A DNA stretch of 64,000 nucleotides from Burkholderiales bacterium (lineage in GTDB: Bacteria; Pseudomonadota; Gammaproteobacteria; Burkholderiales; JACQAP01). The notes under the pieces are model-generated. The model had not been told where the DNA came from and did not search any database. It worked only from the letters and a program-made list of their open reading frames with translations. The stretch covers positions 8,068 to 72,067 of the forward strand of contig DASUFB010000049.1 of NCBI GenBank assembly GCA_036274775.1. Reading direction: 5' to 3'. Positions within the stretch are counted from its first letter, which is position 1. Each line of letters starts with the position of its first letter. The translations under genes and the position numbers were made by a program. Positions 56,945-64,000 of this stretch are shown piece by piece.

Positions 56945-59713
56945 ATGAACGCGCCAGCCCGCGATACCGATTCGGCCGGCAAGGATTCGCCGCTGCGCGA
57001 GGACATCCGCCTGCTGGGGCGCATCCTCGGCGACACCCTGCGCGAGCAGGAAGGCGGCGCGATCTTCGACCTCGTCGAGCGCATCCGGCAGAACGCGATC
57101 AAGTTCCGCCGCGACCAGGATCCAGAGGCCAAGCGCGAGTTGGAAGCCATGCTCAACAAGCTCGACCCGGTACGCACGGTGGCCGTGGTGCGTGCGTTCA
57201 GCTATTTCTCCCAGCTCGCGAACATCGCCGAGGACCAGCACCACAACCGCCGCCGCCGCGCCCACATGATCAGCGGCTCGCCTCCCCAGGAAGGCAGCAT
57301 GGCGCTCGCGCTCGAGCGGGCCGGCGCGGACGGCGTGAGCATGGCCGGCGTGGCCGAGTTCTTCTCCCGCGCGCTGGTTTCGCCGGTGCTGACCGCGCAT
57401 CCGACGGAGGTGCAGCGCAAGAGCATCCTCGACTGCCAGCTCGAGATCGCGCGCCTGCTCACGCAACGCGACCGCATGCAGCTCACCCCGGACGAGGCAG
57501 CGCAGAACGAGGAGGGCCTGCGTCGTGCGGTGGTCACGCTCTGGCAGACCCGCATCCTGCGCGAATTGCGCCTGACGGTGAACGACGAGATCGAGAACGG
57601 GCTGTCCTACTACCGGTATACGTTCCTGCGCCAGGTGCCGCGGCTCTACGCGGAGCTGGAGGACCTGCTCGCCGCGCGCGGCTTCGCGAAGCCGAAGGTC
57701 GGCAACGTGCTGCGGCTGGGAAGCTGGATCGGCGGGGACCGCGACGGCAACCCCTTCGTGACGCACGAGGTGTTGCGCCATGCGCTCATGCGCCATTGCG
57801 AGACCGCGATGGATTTCTATTTCGAGGAGCTGCACCAGCTCGGCGGGGAGCTGTCGCAATCGACGCGCATGGTGGAAGCCACGCCTGCGCTCGATGAGCT
57901 CGCCGCGCGCTCCCCGGACGTCTCCGCGCACCGTCGCGACGAGCCCTATCGCCGCGCGCTGACCGGCATTTATGCCCGGTTGTTCGCGACCTCGGCCGCG
58001 CTGGGTAATCGCCTGCCGGATCGTCCTGCGGTGGCCGACGCCCGGCCTTATCGCGACCACGCCGAATTCGTGAAGGACCTGGCGGTGCTGGCGGACTCGC
58101 TGTCCGCGAACGGCTCCAAGCGGGTCGCCCGCGGGCGGCTACGCAATCTCGCACGAGCCGCGGACGTGTTCGGCTTCCACCTGGCTCCGCTCGACATGCG
58201 CCAGCACAGCGGCGTGCACGAGAAGGTCGTCGACGAGCTGTTCGCGCTCGGCGCCCGGCGCCCCGGCTACGCGGCGCTCGACGAGCCGATGCGCCGGCAA
58301 TGGCTGCTGCAGGAGCTCGGGATGGCGAGGCTGCTGCGCTCGCCCTATCTGCGATACAGCGACGAGGTTGCCGCCGAGCTCGCGATCCTCGACACGGCCG
58401 GCGAGCAGCATCGCAGGCTCGGTGCGCAGGCACTGCCCAACTACATCATCTCCAAGGCAGACAGCGTAAGCGATCTGTTCGAGGTCGCGCTGCTGCTCAA
58501 GGAGGCCGGGCTGCTGCAACCCGGCGAATCCCCGAAGCTGGAAGTCAACATCGTCCCGCTGTTCGAGACCATCGAGGACCTGCGCAGCTGCGGTCCGATC
58601 ATGGACGAGCTGTTCTCGGATCCCTACTACCGGCGCCTGCTCGCGAGCCGGGGCGATGTGCAGGAGGTCATGCTCGGCTATTCCGACAGCAACAAGGATG
58701 GCGGCTTCCTGACGGCCAATTGGGAGCTGTTCAAGGCGGAGGTCGAGCTCGTCGGGGTGTTCGGGAGGCACGGCGTGAAGCTGCGCCTGTTTCACGGCCG
58801 CGGCGGCTCCGTCGGCCGCGGCGGCGGCCCCAGCTACCAGGCCATCCTCGCCCAGCCGCCCGGCAGCGTCGCCGGGCAGATACGCATCACCGAGCAGGGC
58901 GAGGTCATCGCCAGCAAGTATTCCGATCCCGACATCGGCAGGCGCAACCTCGAGACCCTGCTGGCGGCCACGTTCGAGGCCACGCTGCTCGAGTCGCAGC
59001 ATGCCGCAGGCGAGCCGGTCTACCTCGAGGTTCTGGATGCGATGAGTGCGGTGGCCTGCGCAGCCTACCGCGCGCTCGTGTACGAGACGCCGGGCTTCGT
59101 GCAGTTCTTCCGCAGTGCCACGCCCATCGCCGAGATCGCGGACCTGAACGTGGGCAGCCGGCCGGCTTCGCGCAGGAAGTCCGACCGCATCGAGGACCTG
59201 CGCGCGATCCCCTGGGTGTTTTCATGGTCTCTCGCACGCATCATGCTTCCCGGATGGTACGGGTTCGGCGCGGCGGTCGAGGACCTGCTGCAGCGACGCG
59301 GCGACGCGGGCATGGAGCTGCTGCGCAGGATGTACCGCGAGTGGCCGTTCTTCCGCACGCTGCTGTCCAACATGGACATGCTGCTCGCGAAAAGTGACAT
59401 CAACATCGCGTCGCGCTATGCCGAGCTCGTGCCCGACGAGGCGCTTCGCGCCGGCATCTTCAGCCGCATCCGCGACGAATGGCACCGCACGGTGCGGCAC
59501 CTGCTCGCGATCACGGGCCAGAAGGAGCTGCTCGACGCCAACCCGGCGCTGTCGCGCAGCCTGCGCAACCGCTCGCCGTACATCGACCCGCTGAACCACC
59601 TGCAGGTCGAGTTGCTCCGGCGTTACCGCTCGGGCGATACCGACGAGCGCACCCGCAGGGCGATCCTGCTCACGCTGAACGGCATCGCCGCGGGGCTGCG
59701 CAACAGCGGCTAG
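56945..59713 (+). CDS. ppc: Phosphoenolpyruvate carboxylase
   Basis: 922 aa. VLTAHPTE and GYSDSNKDGG signatures. C-terminal ...LTLNGIAAGLRNSG. Confidence 0.97.
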   Translation: MNAPARDTDSAGKDSPLREDIRLLGRILGDTLREQEGGAIFDLVERIRQNAIKFRRDQDPEAKRELEAMLNKLDPVRTVAVVRAFSYFSQLANIAEDQHHNRRRRAHMISGSPPQEGSMALALERAGADGVSMAGVAEFFSRALVSPVLTAHPTEVQRKSILDCQLEIARLLTQRDRMQLTPDEAAQNEEGLRRAVVTLWQTRILRELRLTVNDEIENGLSYYRYTFLRQVPRLYAELEDLLAARGFAKPKVGNVLRLGSWIGGDRDGNPFVTHEVLRHALMRHCETAMDFYFEELHQLGGELSQSTRMVEATPALDELAARSPDVSAHRRDEPYRRALTGIYARLFATSAALGNRLPDRPAVADARPYRDHAEFVKDLAVLADSLSANGSKRVARGRLRNLARAADVFGFHLAPLDMRQHSGVHEKVVDELFALGARRPGYAALDEPMRRQWLLQELGMARLLRSPYLRYSDEVAAELAILDTAGEQHRRLGAQALPNYIISKADSVSDLFEVALLLKEAGLLQPGESPKLEVNIVPLFETIEDLRSCGPIMDELFSDPYYRRLLASRGDVQEVMLGYSDSNKDGGFLTANWELFKAEVELVGVFGRHGVKLRLFHGRGGSVGRGGGPSYQAILAQPPGSVAGQIRITEQGEVIASKYSDPDIGRRNLETLLAATFEATLLESQHAAGEPVYLEVLDAMSAVACAAYRALVYETPGFVQFFRSATPIAEIADLNVGSRPASRRKSDRIEDLRAIPWVFSWSLARIMLPGWYGFGAAVEDLLQRRGDAGMELLRRMYREWPFFRTLLSNMDMLLAKSDINIASRYAELVPDEALRAGIFSRIRDEWHRTVRHLLAITGQKELLDANPALSRSLRNRSPYIDPLNHLQVELLRRYRSGDTDERTRRAILLTLNGIAAGLRNSG

Positions 59714-60744
59714 GCGCCTGCGGGGCTGGGATCCACGGAGGGCGTGAAAGCGTCGGAATAGAATTCGTCTTCCGGCAACCCGCACAACGCAACGAAGTCC
59801 CTGTGCGCGGATTCCACGACGACGGGCGCGCCGCAGGCGTAGACCTGGTAGCCGGACATGTCGGGGAAATCTTCCATGACAGCCCTGTGCACGAAGCCGG
59901 TGCGCCCGGTCCACGCGTCCTCGGGCAGCGCGTCAGAGATCACCGGAACGAAGCTGAAATTGTCATGCTCCTGCAGCCACTTCTCGACGACCTCCGGCAG
60001 GTAGATGTCGGCCGGACGGCGGCCGCCCCAATAGAGCACGATCTGCCGCGCGGTCTTCTTGTGGAAAGCATGCTCGATGATGCTCTTGATCGGCGCAAAG
60101 CCCGTGCCGCTCGCCACGAGTATCATCGGCTTGTCCGAGTCCTCGCGCAGGAAGAACGTTCCCAGCGGTCCCTCGAAGCGCAGGATGTCCTTTTCCTTGA
60201 GCTTGCCGAACACGAACTCGGTGAAGGCGCCGTGGGACATGTTGCGCACGTGCAGCTCGATGAATTCGTCGTCGTGCGGCGGGTTGCCCATGGAGTAGGA
60301 GCGGCGCTTGCCGTCTTTCAGCAGGATGTCGATGTACTGCCCCGCCAGGAACTGCAGGCGCTCGTTGGCCGGAAGCTTCAGCTTCAGGATGGCCACGTCG
60401 GGCGCCACGCGCCGGATCTCCTGCACGCGGCACGGCAGCTTGCGGATGTTGAGCTGACCCACGCCGCGGATCTCGCGCGCTTCTATCGCCAGGTCGGACA
60501 GCGGCGTGGCCTGGCAGAACAGGGCGAAGCCGTTTTTCTTTTCGAACTCGGCCAGCACGTAGGGCTGCGGATGACCGTAGTCCACGCTGCCTTCCAGGAT
60601 CCGGCCCTTGCAGGCACCGCAGGCACCGTTGCGGCAGCCGTAGGGCAGGACGATGCCCTCGCGCAGGGCGGCCGCCAGGATGGTTTCGCCCGCGTCGCAG
60701 GCGAAGACGTGGTCGCTGGGCTTGATCGTTACCTTGTGGGACAT
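59710..60744 (-). CDS. 2Fe-2S ferredoxin / FAD / NAD(P)-binding reductase (FNR family, AscD-like)
   Basis: N-terminal plant-type ferredoxin cysteines CRNGACGACKGRI, RSYSM FAD motif, GTGFAP NAD motif. Convergent with ppc, with a 4-nt overlap. Confidence 0.88.
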   Translation of the reverse strand: MSHKVTIKPSDHVFACDAGETILAAALREGIVLPYGCRNGACGACKGRILEGSVDYGHPQPYVLAEFEKKNGFALFCQATPLSDLAIEAREIRGVGQLNIRKLPCRVQEIRRVAPDVAILKLKLPANERLQFLAGQYIDILLKDGKRRSYSMGNPPHDDEFIELHVRNMSHGAFTEFVFGKLKEKDILRFEGPLGTFFLREDSDKPMILVASGTGFAPIKSIIEHAFHKKTARQIVLYWGGRRPADIYLPEVVEKWLQEHDNFSFVPVISDALPEDAWTGRTGFVHRAVMEDFPDMSGYQVYACGAPVVVESAHRDFVALCGLPEDEFYSDAFTPSVDPSPAGA

Positions 60745-60792
60745 GGCGGAACGCTCTCAGAGGCCGAGGCCGGCCCGGAGTAAAATGCAGGC

Positions 60793-61692
60793 ATGAGACG
60801 ATTGTTGATCATCGGTTGTGGAGACGTGGGGATGCGCCTGGCCCGCATTCTGGACGGTCGCTGGCGTCTCTATGCGCTGGCCCGCTCGAGCGAGCGCCTG
60901 AACGAGCTGCGTGCCGCGGGGGTCGTGCCCGTGCCCGGAGATCTGGACCATCCGCAATCTTTGGCAAGGCTGGCCGGCCTCGCGCAGGACGTCGTTCACC
61001 TGGCGCCGCCGGCCCCGGCCGGCGTCCGCGATACGCGAACCGGCAACCTCATCAGGGCTCTCGCGAAGGGCGGCAGTCTACCACAGCGCCTGGTGTACAT
61101 CAGCACCAGCGGCGTCTACGGCAACTGCGAAGGCGAGATCATCGACGAGACACGACCGGTGTGTCCGGCGAGCGATCGAGCGAAGCGCCGCTCCGACGCG
61201 GAACGGCAGATGCGGGCGTGGGGTCGGCAGCGCGGGGTGCAGGTCAGCATCCTGCGCGTGCCGGGAATCTACTCCGCGACGCGCCTGCCCATCGCGAGGC
61301 TGCGCGCCGGGACGCCGGCGTTGACGGCGGACCGCGATCCCTATACGAACCACATACACGCCGACGACCTCGCGCGCATCGTGCTGGCCGTGCTCGCCCG
61401 CGGGCGGGCGGGACGTGCCTACAACGCGGCCGACGACGACTGGCTGAAGATGGGCGACTACTTCGATCTCGTCGCGAACGAGTTCGACCTGCCGTCGCCG
61501 CCGCGCGTGAGCTGGGAAGCCGCGCAAAGCGGGTTGCCGGAAAGCCAGCTCTCGTTCATGCGCGAGTCCCGGCGTCTCGACAACGGCCGCCTGAAAAGGG
61601 AATTGCGCGTGCGCCTGCTCTATCCCTCCGTGCGCCTGGGTGTCGCAGCCGCGAGGCGCGCCGCGCCGCCCACCATGGACCGTGCCGGCTAG
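60793..61692 (+). CDS. NAD-dependent epimerase/dehydratase-family (extended SDR) protein
   Basis: Rossmann N-terminus LLIIGCGDVGMRLA, ISTSGVYG, HADDLA. Confidence 0.8.
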   Translation: MRRLLIIGCGDVGMRLARILDGRWRLYALARSSERLNELRAAGVVPVPGDLDHPQSLARLAGLAQDVVHLAPPAPAGVRDTRTGNLIRALAKGGSLPQRLVYISTSGVYGNCEGEIIDETRPVCPASDRAKRRSDAERQMRAWGRQRGVQVSILRVPGIYSATRLPIARLRAGTPALTADRDPYTNHIHADDLARIVLAVLARGRAGRAYNAADDDWLKMGDYFDLVANEFDLPSPPRVSWEAAQSGLPESQLSFMRESRRLDNGRLKRELRVRLLYPSVRLGVAAARRAAPPTMDRAG

Positions 61693-61723
61693 GCGTGCGT
61701 TGCCGTCATCGGGACGCCACCGC

Positions 61724-62065
61724 TTGAACGACCGTGACATCGTCGTCGTCCTGACCAACATGCCGGACCGCGCCAGCGCGACGCGCCTGGCGACCCTGCT
61801 CGTCGATGAGGGCCATGCAGCCTGCGTGAACGTGCTCGCCGGCTGCGAGTCCATCTATCGCTGGCAAGGCAGGATCGAAACCACGGCGGAGGTTCCCCTG
61901 TTGATCAAGGCCGCGGCACGGGCCTACCCGGCGCTCGAGGAGGCGATCCGCCGCCATCATCCCTACGAGCTGCCGGAGATCGTGAGCCTGCCGGTGGGCG
62001 CTGCGCTGCCCGGCTATGCGGATTGGGTGGTGGCGCAAACGTCGCGCGAGAGTGGCGGCTCCTAG
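61724..62065 (+). CDS. cutA: Divalent-cation tolerance protein CutA
   Basis: VVVLTNMPDRASATRLATLLVDEGHAACVNV...YRWQG...HPYELPEIVSLPV. TTG 61724 was chosen because the track's GTG 61640 would overlap the previous gene by 53 nt, so the start is uncertain. The cutA-dsbD adjacency is as in E. coli. Confidence 0.85.
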   Translation: MNDRDIVVVLTNMPDRASATRLATLLVDEGHAACVNVLAGCESIYRWQGRIETTAEVPLLIKAAARAYPALEEAIRRHHPYELPEIVSLPVGAALPGYADWVVAQTSRESGGS

Positions 62066-62075
62066 GACATCCCCC

Positions 62076-64000
62076 ATGGTGCAGCTACTCAAAGCGGTCA
62101 CCGGCCTGCTCTTGGCGTGGACGTTCGCGCCGGCGCAGGCTGCCGGCGACCTGCTGCCGCCGGAGGCCGCGTTCCGCTTCTCGGCGGCGCTGACGGACGC
62201 CGCGACCATCCGCGTGCACTACCGGATCGCGGACGGCTATTACCTGTATCGGGACCGCTTTCGCACGTCGGTCGACGATTCGGCGGTAAAGCTGGGCGAG
62301 CCGCGGATGCCGCCCGGCGTCATCGGGGAAGACGAGTTCGTCGGCAAGGCCGCCAGCTACAGGGGCGAGGTCGTCTTCGACATTCCCCTCGTCTCGCCCC
62401 TGCCGCCGGGCGGCGCCGTTCTGAGGGTGGTTTCGCAGGGCTGCGCCGACGCGGGGGTGTGCTATACCCCGCTTACGCAGTCGGCCAGGTTGGTGCCGGT
62501 TGCCTTCGCCGATGCAGGGCCCCCGGCGCGCAAGGCCTCCCGCCTGCTCACACGGTTGCAGTCCGATGCCCCGGCGCCGCAGGCCGAAGCCGGGGAAGAG
62601 TTCCTGCCAGTGGAGAAGGCCTTCGCCATCGAGGCACGCAGCCCTGATCCGCAAACCGTCGTCGTCCGGCTCAGCCCCGCGGATACCTACTACTTGTATC
62701 GCGAGAAGCTGCATTTTTCGCTGGTGAATGCCGCCGGAGCGAGCATCGGGTCGGTGCAAATCCCGCGCGGCGAGGCGAAGCAGGACCCGAATTTCGGCAA
62801 GACGGAAGTATTCCACCGTCCCGTGCAGGTGTTGCTGCACATCCGTCGCGACGGCACCGGCAAGTTGCCGATCACGCTCAAGGTCGGCTATCAGGGCTGC
62901 AGCGAAAAAGGACTGTGCTATCCGCCGGCGACCAGGGAGCTGAGGCTTGCGCTGGCTGTGGCAGGCGGCGCGAACGAGCCGTCGACCGCCGGGGCGCAGA
63001 ATGCAGGCGCCGGCCCGGGTTCACCCGCCGGGGCGACCGCGGCGGCGGCCGAGGACGAAAAAATCGCCGGGTTGCTCGGCGCGGGAAACATCTGGCTGGT
63101 CATGGCTAGCTTTCTTGGCTTCGGATTGCTGCTGTCGTTCACGCCGTGCGTGCTGCCGATGATCCCGATCCTGTCCGGCATGATTGCCGGGCAGGGGGCG
63201 GCGGCTACCCGGCACCGCGGATTCGTCCTTTCCGCCGTTTACGTGCTGGGCATGGCCACCGCCTATGCGGCGGCGGGCGTGCTCGCGGGCCTGTCCGGAA
63301 GCCTGCTGTCGGCCTCGATGCAAAACCCCTGGGTACTGGGTGCGTTCGCGGGCGTGTTCGTAGTGCTGGCCCTGTCAATGTTCGGCTTTTACGACCTGCA
63401 ATTGCCCGTCTCGTGGCAAAGCGGCGCTGCGCAACGGAGCAACCGGCTTTCCGGGGGAAAGCTGGCTGGCGTTTTTGGCATGGGGGCGTTGTCGGCCATC
63501 ATCGTCGGCCCGTGCGTGGCGGCGCCCCTGGCCGGTGCGCTGCTCTACGTGAGCCAGTCGCGCGACGTGGTCCTCGGCGGATTGGCCCTGTTCATGCTGG
63601 CCCTGGGCATGGGCCTGCCTCTGCTCGTCGTGGGCGCGTCGACTGGCGCGCTGCTGCCGAAGGCGGGGGCGTGGATGCAATCGGTGAAGAATTTCTTCGG
63701 CGTGCTGCTCCTGGCTACCGCGATCTGGATCCTGTCGCCGCTGCTCACGCTTTCCCTGCAGATGGCGTGCTGGGCGGCGCTGCTGATCGCGTGCGGCATT
63801 TTCCTGCGCGCGATCGATCCACTGCCCGTCGATGCGGGACCCTATCGCAGGTTGTGGAAAGGTGCGGGCATCGTCGCGCTGGTAGCGGGCGTGAGCCTGC
63901 TGGTCGGTGCGCTGGCTGGCAGCCGCGACCCCCTGCGTCCGCTGGCGGGCATCATGGGTTCGTCCGCCCGGACGGAGAGCCCGGCTGCCACGCCCTTCGT
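62076..64000 (+). CDS. dsbD: Protein-disulfide reductase DsbD (3' end beyond window), with two tandem N-terminal alpha domains
   Basis: Not in the ORF track because it has no stop in the window; I translated it by hand. Signal peptide MVQLLKAVTGLLLAWTFAPAQA. Alpha domain 1 has GYYLYRDRF...QGCADAGVCYTP. Alpha domain 2 has TYYLYREKL...QGCSEKGLCYPP. The TM core carries FTPCVLPMIPIL and IVGPCVAAPL cysteines. Confidence 0.9.
   Translation, partial: MVQLLKAVTGLLLAWTFAPAQAAGDLLPPEAAFRFSAALTDAATIRVHYRIADGYYLYRDRFRTSVDDSAVKLGEPRMPPGVIGEDEFVGKAASYRGEVVFDIPLVSPLPPGGAVLRVVSQGCADAGVCYTPLTQSARLVPVAFADAGPPARKASRLLTRLQSDAPAPQAEAGEEFLPVEKAFAIEARSPDPQTVVVRLSPADTYYLYREKLHFSLVNAAGASIGSVQIPRGEAKQDPNFGKTEVFHRPVQVLLHIRRDGTGKLPITLKVGYQGCSEKGLCYPPATRELRLALAVAGGANEPSTAGAQNAGAGPGSPAGATAAAAEDEKIAGLLGAGNIWLVMASFLGFGLLLSFTPCVLPMIPILSGMIAGQGAAATRHRGFVLSAVYVLGMATAYAAAGVLAGLSGSLLSASMQNPWVLGAFAGVFVVLALSMFGFYDLQLPVSWQSGAAQRSNRLSGGKLAGVFGMGALSAIIVGPCVAAPLAGALLYVSQSRDVVLGGLALFMLALGMGLPLLVVGASTGALLPKAGAWMQSVKNFFGVLLLATAIWILSPLLTLSLQMACWAALLIACGIFLRAIDPLPVDAGPYRRLWKGAGIVALVAGVSLLVGALAGSRDPLRPLAGIMGSSARTESPAATPF

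Noticed and set aside
60781-60795. Leaderless mRNA for the epimerase-like gene: a TAAAAT -10-like hexamer lies 6 nt before the ATG at 60793, and there is no SD.
   Set aside because: No acceptable -35 is present at 16-18 bp (CAGAGG). A single A/T hexamer is weak evidence, and experimental transcription-start mapping would be needed.

Overview
High-GC proteobacterial core-chromosome window with Beta-/Gammaproteobacteria-type synteny. It is almost fully coding: about 60 protein genes and one tRNA. Gene order: pilO (partial)-pilP-pilQ-aroK-aroB-dGTPase-like-gltB-gltD-hemE; priA-argS-SPOR-dsbA-dsbA paralog-SDR; on the minus strand HAD, TPR, glmS, glmU, dacB; groES-groEL behind a perfect CIRCE operator; an MFS transporter; tRNA-Phe; a TRAP transporter; hemA-prfA-prmC-grxD; an orphan Hanks-type kinase; on the minus strand dsbB, cystathionine gamma-lyase-like, cystathionine beta-synthase; feoA-feoB-feoC-like; on the minus strand a 5-gene HAAT-family ABC transporter and argH; algZ-algR-dps-hemC-hemD-hemX-hemY-ppc; FNR-like reductase (minus); epimerase-like SDR; cutA; dsbD (runs off the window). 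The ORF track renders GTG/TTG starts as M and over-extends many N-termini, so I re-called starts from conserved N-termini, Shine-Dalgarno sequences and stop/start overlaps. The very long ORFs antisense to known genes are GC-composition artefacts. I find no defence island, integrase, transposase, CRISPR array or multi-gene cassette of unknown function, so I cannot support the presence of a novel multi-gene system here. Items worth a second look: (1) the tRNA-Phe locus, which carries decayed partial copies of the tRNA 3' half on both sides, a small hairpin-repeat family, and a promoter/terminator pair implying a long leader and trailer; (2) a domain-minimal Hanks-type kinase with an HKDLHPGN catalytic loop, preceded by a G3-C-G9-C-G4 tract; (3) a Cys-containing insert of about 92 aa in a predicted periplasmic loop of the MFS transporter; (4) two DnaA-box matches flanking an AT-rich patch between hemE and priA; (5) a DsbD with two tandem alpha domains, and a DsbA paralog with a CESC active site; (6) several unexplained perfect palindromes in divergent promoter regions. 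All homology calls rest on my recognition of motifs in the translated ORFs; no database search was run.
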